Shown here: positions 17,092 to 20,000 of the stretch, piece by piece
Layout of the letters: each line of letters opens with the position of its first letter
How positions within the stretch are numbered: position 1 is the first letter of the stretch
IMG/VR virus record: IMGVR_UViG_3300034101_003821
From: an uncultured virus (IMG/VR IMGVR_UViG_3300034101_003821)
Lineage: Duplodnaviria > Heunggongvirae > Uroviricota > Caudoviricetes
Length of the DNA stretch: 20,000 nt
Strand: one strand, 5' to 3'
Program-made: the position numbers and the translations under genes
The notes under the pieces: model-generated
What the model saw: only the letters and a program-made list of their open reading frames with translations
Database searches by the model: none
What the model was told of the DNA's origin: nothing

Positions 17092-17176
17092 TAGTCGGGA
17101 TGAGACTCGAACTCATAAGGTCTTACTGACCACAACGGTTTAAGTGTTGCGTGGATACCAATTTCACCACCCGACC
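17092..17176 (-). tRNA. tRNA-Leu(UAA)
   Basis: GGTCGGG-TG-GTGAAATTGGTATCCAC-G-CAACA-CTTAAAC-CGTTG-(variable arm GGTC/GACC)-ATGAG-TTCGAGT-CTCAT-CCCGACT-A. Confidence 0.88.
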
Positions 17177-17180
17177 TACA

Positions 17181-17309
17181 TTACAAACCAAATCCCAACT
17201 TAATGAGATATACCAAACCCAGTACAATTAAAGCTAACATCGTACCTGCAAACATCTGTAAAGAAAACTTAACTTGTTCTTCACTTTTTCCTTGATTCTT
17301 GTTCTCCAT
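17181..17309 (-). CDS. Small single-TM protein (42 aa)
   Basis: Not in the ORF track. MENKNQGKSEEQVKFSLQMFAGTMLALIVLGLVYLIKLGFGL*; start overlaps the upstream stop codon. Confidence 0.6.
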   Translation of the reverse strand: MENKNQGKSEEQVKFSLQMFAGTMLALIVLGLVYLIKLGFGL

Positions 17310-17551
17310 CATAAAAATTTTTGATAATCCATAAAATGTTTATTTACCCACATTTTACCTGTTACTTGAGTTGGATGTTCTCGTTTACTTAGGTCGAAAA
17401 TTTCAACCATCGTTTTTCTTTCATTATCTAACTCATCCCAAAGATAAGATATCGCCAAGTTTAATTTCCGTTTTTCCTCAGTACCAACCTCGGACTCTCT
17501 GACAAGTTTTTCTAACTTTGCTATAACATTTTGAATGGGGGTGTTTTTCAT
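17309..17551 (-). CDS. Hypothetical protein (80 aa)
   Basis: Start moved to MKNTPIQ (17551) because the longer start overlaps the DfrB-like ORF. Confidence 0.7.
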   Translation of the reverse strand: MKNTPIQNVIAKLEKLVRESEVGTEEKRKLNLAISYLWDELDNERKTMVEIFDLSKREHPTQVTGKMWVNKHFMDYQKFL

Positions 17552-17567
17552 CACAACTTTAATTTTT

Positions 17568-17744
17568 TTAATTGTTAATGTCAAGTTCCAACTGACTCTC
17601 ACTAAATATGTGCAACATTCCATTGTCGATTAATTCAGCAACAATTCTTGTTTCACCTGATGTGGTTTGAAATACCGCCACTACGATACCAGGGAACTTA
17701 TACCCTTTTGGTTTGTAAACCTTGTCTCCTACTTTGAACTTCAT
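17568..17744 (-). CDS. SH3-like protein resembling R67/DfrB dihydrofolate reductase (58 aa)
   Basis: Not in the ORF track. MKFKVGDKVYKPKGYKFPGIVVAVFQTTSGETRIVAELIDNGMLHIFSESQLELDINN*. Confidence 0.7.
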   Translation of the reverse strand: MKFKVGDKVYKPKGYKFPGIVVAVFQTTSGETRIVAELIDNGMLHIFSESQLELDINN

Positions 17745-17750
17745 TTTTTT

Positions 17751-18155
17751 CTATTTTAAATAATTAACATGTATTGAATGAAAACCCTCACTCCTATTTA
17801 TTTTTAATTCCATCCTTGAACCAGTAACATAATCAACCCAAACATTTTCACCAACTTTCACATATGGCTCCAAATCTTTATAAGATTTGTTTAACATCTT
17901 GATTGGTCTGTAAACACTCCAATTTGCACAATATTCTACCCCATTACTTTCAACAAAAATGAACCCATAACTTTCCAATTGTTTCTCGTCCATATACACA
18001 ATATCATAATAATAAGTAAAAATCTTTAATCCATCAATGAATTCGGTTTTGTGATTTGTACCTAGATTTTTTTCAATTTGTTGGGGAGATAAACCTAGTT
18101 GTGCAAATGTTAAAAATGGTAAAAATAATAATAGAAATAAAATCGTTTTTTTCAT
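17751..18155 (-). CDS. Secreted hypothetical protein (134 aa)
   Basis: Signal peptide MKKTILFLLLFLPFLTFA-Q; Gln at +1 is typical of Bacteroidota exported proteins. Confidence 0.75.
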   Translation of the reverse strand: MKKTILFLLLFLPFLTFAQLGLSPQQIEKNLGTNHKTEFIDGLKIFTYYYDIVYMDEKQLESYGFIFVESNGVEYCANWSVYRPIKMLNKSYKDLEPYVKVGENVWVDYVTGSRMELKINRSEGFHSIHVNYLK

Positions 18156-18169
18156 AATTTTTGTTTTAG

Positions 18170-18243
18170 TACACCCATTTGGATTCGAACCAAAGACCTA
18201 CTGCTTAGAAGGCAGTTGCTCTATCCAGCTGAGCTATGGGTGC
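18170..18243 (-). tRNA. tRNA-Arg(UCU)
   Basis: GCACCCA-TA-GCTCAGCTGGATAGAGC-A-ACTGC-CTTCTAA-GCAGT-AGGTC-TTTGG-TTCGAAT-CCAAA-TGGGTGT-A. Confidence 0.95.
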
Positions 18244-18249
18244 ATAATT

Positions 18250-18460
18250 TCCCCACCTTGAGATTACTGGTGAGTAGTTATTTCGGTTTTTTCCTATTCA
18301 AAAAACCTGTTGGGCATCCCCACTGAAAAAAGTCACACATACGAAGGAGGGGGTGTGCTGCCGCCTTTAACCCTAAGAATCGGCATTCCGTTGTCCGATT
18401 TGAACGAGTTCATTGTTAAATGAGTCTTGAACCAAAGACTGCTGAGTATCTCTTACTCAT
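18250..18460 (-). ncRNA. Candidate structured ncRNA (~210 nt, multi-hairpin, possible pseudoknot)
   Basis: GC-richer stretch with no listed ORF and six stems: 18443-18459, 18423-18440, 18378-18400, 18334-18357, 18285-18307 and 18254-18272; bracketed by tRNA-type structures. Confidence 0.6.
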
Positions 18461-18462
18461 TG

Positions 18463-18569
18463 TAGTCAGGACAGGATTCGAACCTGTAAAATCTTTTATC
18501 TGGTTTAGGGTAGGTTCTATTCCTATCTCCTTCCAAAACATATAGCGTCTACCATTCCGCCACCTGGCT
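18463..18569 (-). ncRNA. tRNA-like RNA 1 (Leu-type D arm, canonical T arm, greatly expanded anticodon arm)
   Basis: AGCCAGG-TG-GCGGAATGGTAGACGC-(~57 nt)-ACAGG-TTCGAAT-CCTGT-CCTGACT-A. Confidence 0.75.
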
Positions 18570-18574
18570 AAATT

Positions 18575-18835
18575 TTAATTCAGTGCATCTATTTCCATAC
18601 AATACAAACCGAACTCTTGTATTTCATCACCATATCTATACTTGTAAGTTCCCTCATATATGTCGGGATAACTACTATCATAAGGAAAATAACCCAAGTA
18701 TTCAACATCCTTATCTTCAAAGTAGGGTGGTAATCCCATATACTCATCCAAGAGTTGTTTGACCTTTTCAACTGTCGTTGCAGTTAGTACTGGGATTTTA
18801 TCTTCCCTATCTACTATAAGATATATTAGTGCCAT
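18575..18835 (-). CDS. Hypothetical protein (86 aa)
   Basis: ORF between the two tRNA-like RNAs. Confidence 0.7.
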   Translation of the reverse strand: MALIYLIVDREDKIPVLTATTVEKVKQLLDEYMGLPPYFEDKDVEYLGYFPYDSSYPDIYEGTYKYRYGDEIQEFGLYCMEIDALN

Positions 18836-19206
18836 TGTTGTAAACTTTTATTTATATTAATTTTTGTCAATTTTTTTTTTCTTTTTTTTTTATTTTTTTC
18901 TTTTCCTTTTTTTTCTTTTATTTTTTTTTCTTTTGTTTTTACGACTTCCACCAAATCCATTTCTGGGTCAGATAATTCTTGATAACCAAACATTGAAAAG
19001 TCAGAAATATAAGACCACCACTTTCCATCAAAAACATATCTTTCATGGTCTATTTTTGGTTTTTTATTGTCAATGCTTTTACCAAAATAAATTCCATCCC
19101 ATCCATCTCTTTTCCCTTCTATTGGTGGATTACCCTTGATAATTTTTACTAATCTACCATCTCTACTCTTGTAAGTTTTACCTACTTCTAAAATTATATT
19201 TTCCAT
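18826..19206 (-). CDS. Hypothetical protein with a Lys-rich tail (126 aa)
   Basis: Start moved to MENIILEVGKTYKSRDG (19206) because the longer start runs through tRNA-like RNA 2. Confidence 0.65.
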   Translation of the reverse strand: MENIILEVGKTYKSRDGRLVKIIKGNPPIEGKRDGWDGIYFGKSIDNKKPKIDHERYVFDGKWWSYISDFSMFGYQELSDPEMDLVEVVKTKEKKIKEKKGKEKNKKKRKKKLTKININKSLQQWH

Positions 19207-19238
19207 ATTTATAATTTTTATTTTTTTAAATAAGTTAG

Positions 19239-19319
19239 TAGTCAGGACAGGATTCGAACTTGTGACGATAAACGCAGATGTGTACCTCATCTTGGCAGCT
19301 CCAATTCTGCCACCTGACT
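19239..19319 (-). ncRNA. tRNA-like RNA 2 (non-canonical anticodon loop AGGTACA)
   Basis: AGTCAGG-TG-GCAG-AATTGGAG-CTGC-CA-AGATG-AGGTACA-CATCT-GCGTTTATCGTC-ACAAG-TTCGAAT-CCTGT-CCTGACT-A. Confidence 0.7.
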
Positions 19320-19419
19320 TTGTTTGTTTAAACTTTTCGGTTTTCCTATTCAAAACCTTAACGTCAGGCAACAATCTAAGTGTCAGCCACTACTTGTGAA
19401 TTATTAGGTGTCACAACCA

Positions 19420-19647
19420 TTAGAAATATTTTCTTGTCGCCCATTCATATGTATAAAACTCAGGAGCATTACCATTAGGTAGAGATAAAAACATAAAACC
19501 ATTGTAAGCATTAGATTTATGTAAGATATGTTCAATCATTGTAATAACCCCCATTTTTTCATCCAAAGATATATTGGTGTTACTGAGTACCAAGTTAGCA
19601 TAATCTTTTATTTCTTGAACTTGGATTGTTTTTTTCTCTTTTGCCAT
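19420..19647 (-). CDS. Hypothetical protein (75 aa)
   Basis: ORF with its own promoter. Confidence 0.75.
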   Translation of the reverse strand: MAKEKKTIQVQEIKDYANLVLSNTNISLDEKMGVITMIEHILHKSNAYNGFMFLSLPNGNAPEFYTYEWATRKYF

Positions 19648-19669
19648 TGTGTTTCCGTTTAAGTGTTCA

Positions 19670-19700
19670 CAAATATAGAAATAGATTTTTAATTACACAA
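19670..19700 (-). promoter_or_regulatory. Bacteroidota sigma-A-type promoter
   Basis: Minus-strand TTG (19700-19698), 20-nt spacer, TATATTTG (19677-19670). Confidence 0.6.
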
Positions 19701-19731
19701 CCTTTGATGAATATTTTTGGGAAAATATTTG

Positions 19732-19802
19732 AGCGGATAGTTGGTACCGCCCCAACTTATCTAGTTTGGAAGACTAGAACATTACTTTTATGCTATACCC
19801 GC
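19732..19802 (-). tRNA. tRNA-Gly(UCC) with non-canonical D and T loops
   Basis: GCGGGTA-TA-GCATAAAAGTAATGT-T-CTAGT-CTTCCAA-ACTAG-ATAA-GTTGG-GGCGGTA-CCAAC-TATCCGC-T (U73). Confidence 0.85.
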
Positions 19803-19806
19803 TAAT

Positions 19807-20000
19807 TTACCTTAGATTCCAAATACCACCAGCAAAACACTTGAAGTCATTGTAACTTGTAACTCTTATAGGGTTTTCTTCATATTTCCACCTATTACAA
19901 GTTATATAGATTTCTCCTGTCCATTTATCCTTTTTGAGAAAGGTATAAATACCATTACGAGATTTGATATGGATTTTATCCCCATTTTTGAGGTTCTTAA
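19807..20000 (-). CDS. Hypothetical protein, 5'-truncated by the window edge
   Basis: Open frame ...KNLKNGDKIHIKSRNGIYTFLKKDKWTGEIYITCNRWKYEENPIRVTSYNDFKCFAGGIWNLR*. Confidence 0.65.
   Translation of the reverse strand, partial: KNLKNGDKIHIKSRNGIYTFLKKDKWTGEIYITCNRWKYEENPIRVTSYNDFKCFAGGIWNLR

Noticed and set aside
18315..18362. HDV-like/theta ribozyme in the tRNA-adjacent structured region
   Set aside because: The CCTCCTTCG segment and pseudoknot potential are suggestive, but I could not build P3, P1.1 and the J4/2 catalytic C, and the segment is about 100 nt from the tRNA 3' end. It remains part of the unassigned RNA.
18488..18545. Self-splicing or BHB intron in tRNA-like RNA 1
   Set aside because: It is too short for a group I/II intron, has no clear bulge-helix-bulge, and I found no excision that restores a canonical anticodon arm.
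18463..19260. attL/attR duplication of a tRNA 3' end flanking an integrated element
   Set aside because: Both copies also retain 5' acceptor and D-arm halves, and the intervening ~670 nt contains no integrase.
19330..19372. Hammerhead ribozyme (CTGA...stem...GAAA)
   Set aside because: The core reads CTGACGTTAA rather than CUGANGA, stems I and III are not evident, and the paralogous hairpin at 18285 lacks CTGA.
1..20000. Alternative genetic code (TAG/TGA reassignment)
   Set aside because: Genes are full length and tightly packed under code 11, TAG and TGA end well-supported genes, and no suppressor tRNA is present (the UAG and UAA anticodons decode Leu CUA and UUA).

Overview
AT-rich, gene-dense window, almost entirely on the minus strand, best read as part of a large (jumbo-type) phage genome. 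The host is probably Bacteroidota: there are TAnnTTTG/-33 TTTG promoters, D-S/T-x sequons in exported proteins, a tmRNA resuming on a Gly codon and a Bacteroidota-like ClpC. The left part (1-12.7 kb) holds genes preceded by a sense-strand TATTTATA motif: acidic or repetitive probable virion/head proteins, a Pol-beta-type nucleotidyltransferase, a KTSC protein, a double-UVR protein divergent from a ClpC-like AAA+ ATPase lacking its N-domain, an M20/M28 peptidase, a tmRNA with an unusually long tag, and a possible lysis cassette. The right part (12.8-20 kb) holds many short early-type ORFs (HExxH peptidase, pyrimidine-dimer glycosylase-like protein, cyclic-phosphate receiver domain, and ArfA-like and DfrB-like small proteins missing from the ORF track). 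These are interleaved with four tRNAs, two paralogous tRNA-like RNAs with aberrant anticodon arms and a ~210-nt structured RNA. The most interesting signals are a possible phage-encoded ribosome-rescue/proteolysis toolkit and the tRNA-mimic/structured-RNA cluster at 18.2-19.4 kb. All family calls come from motif recognition by eye; no database searches were run.
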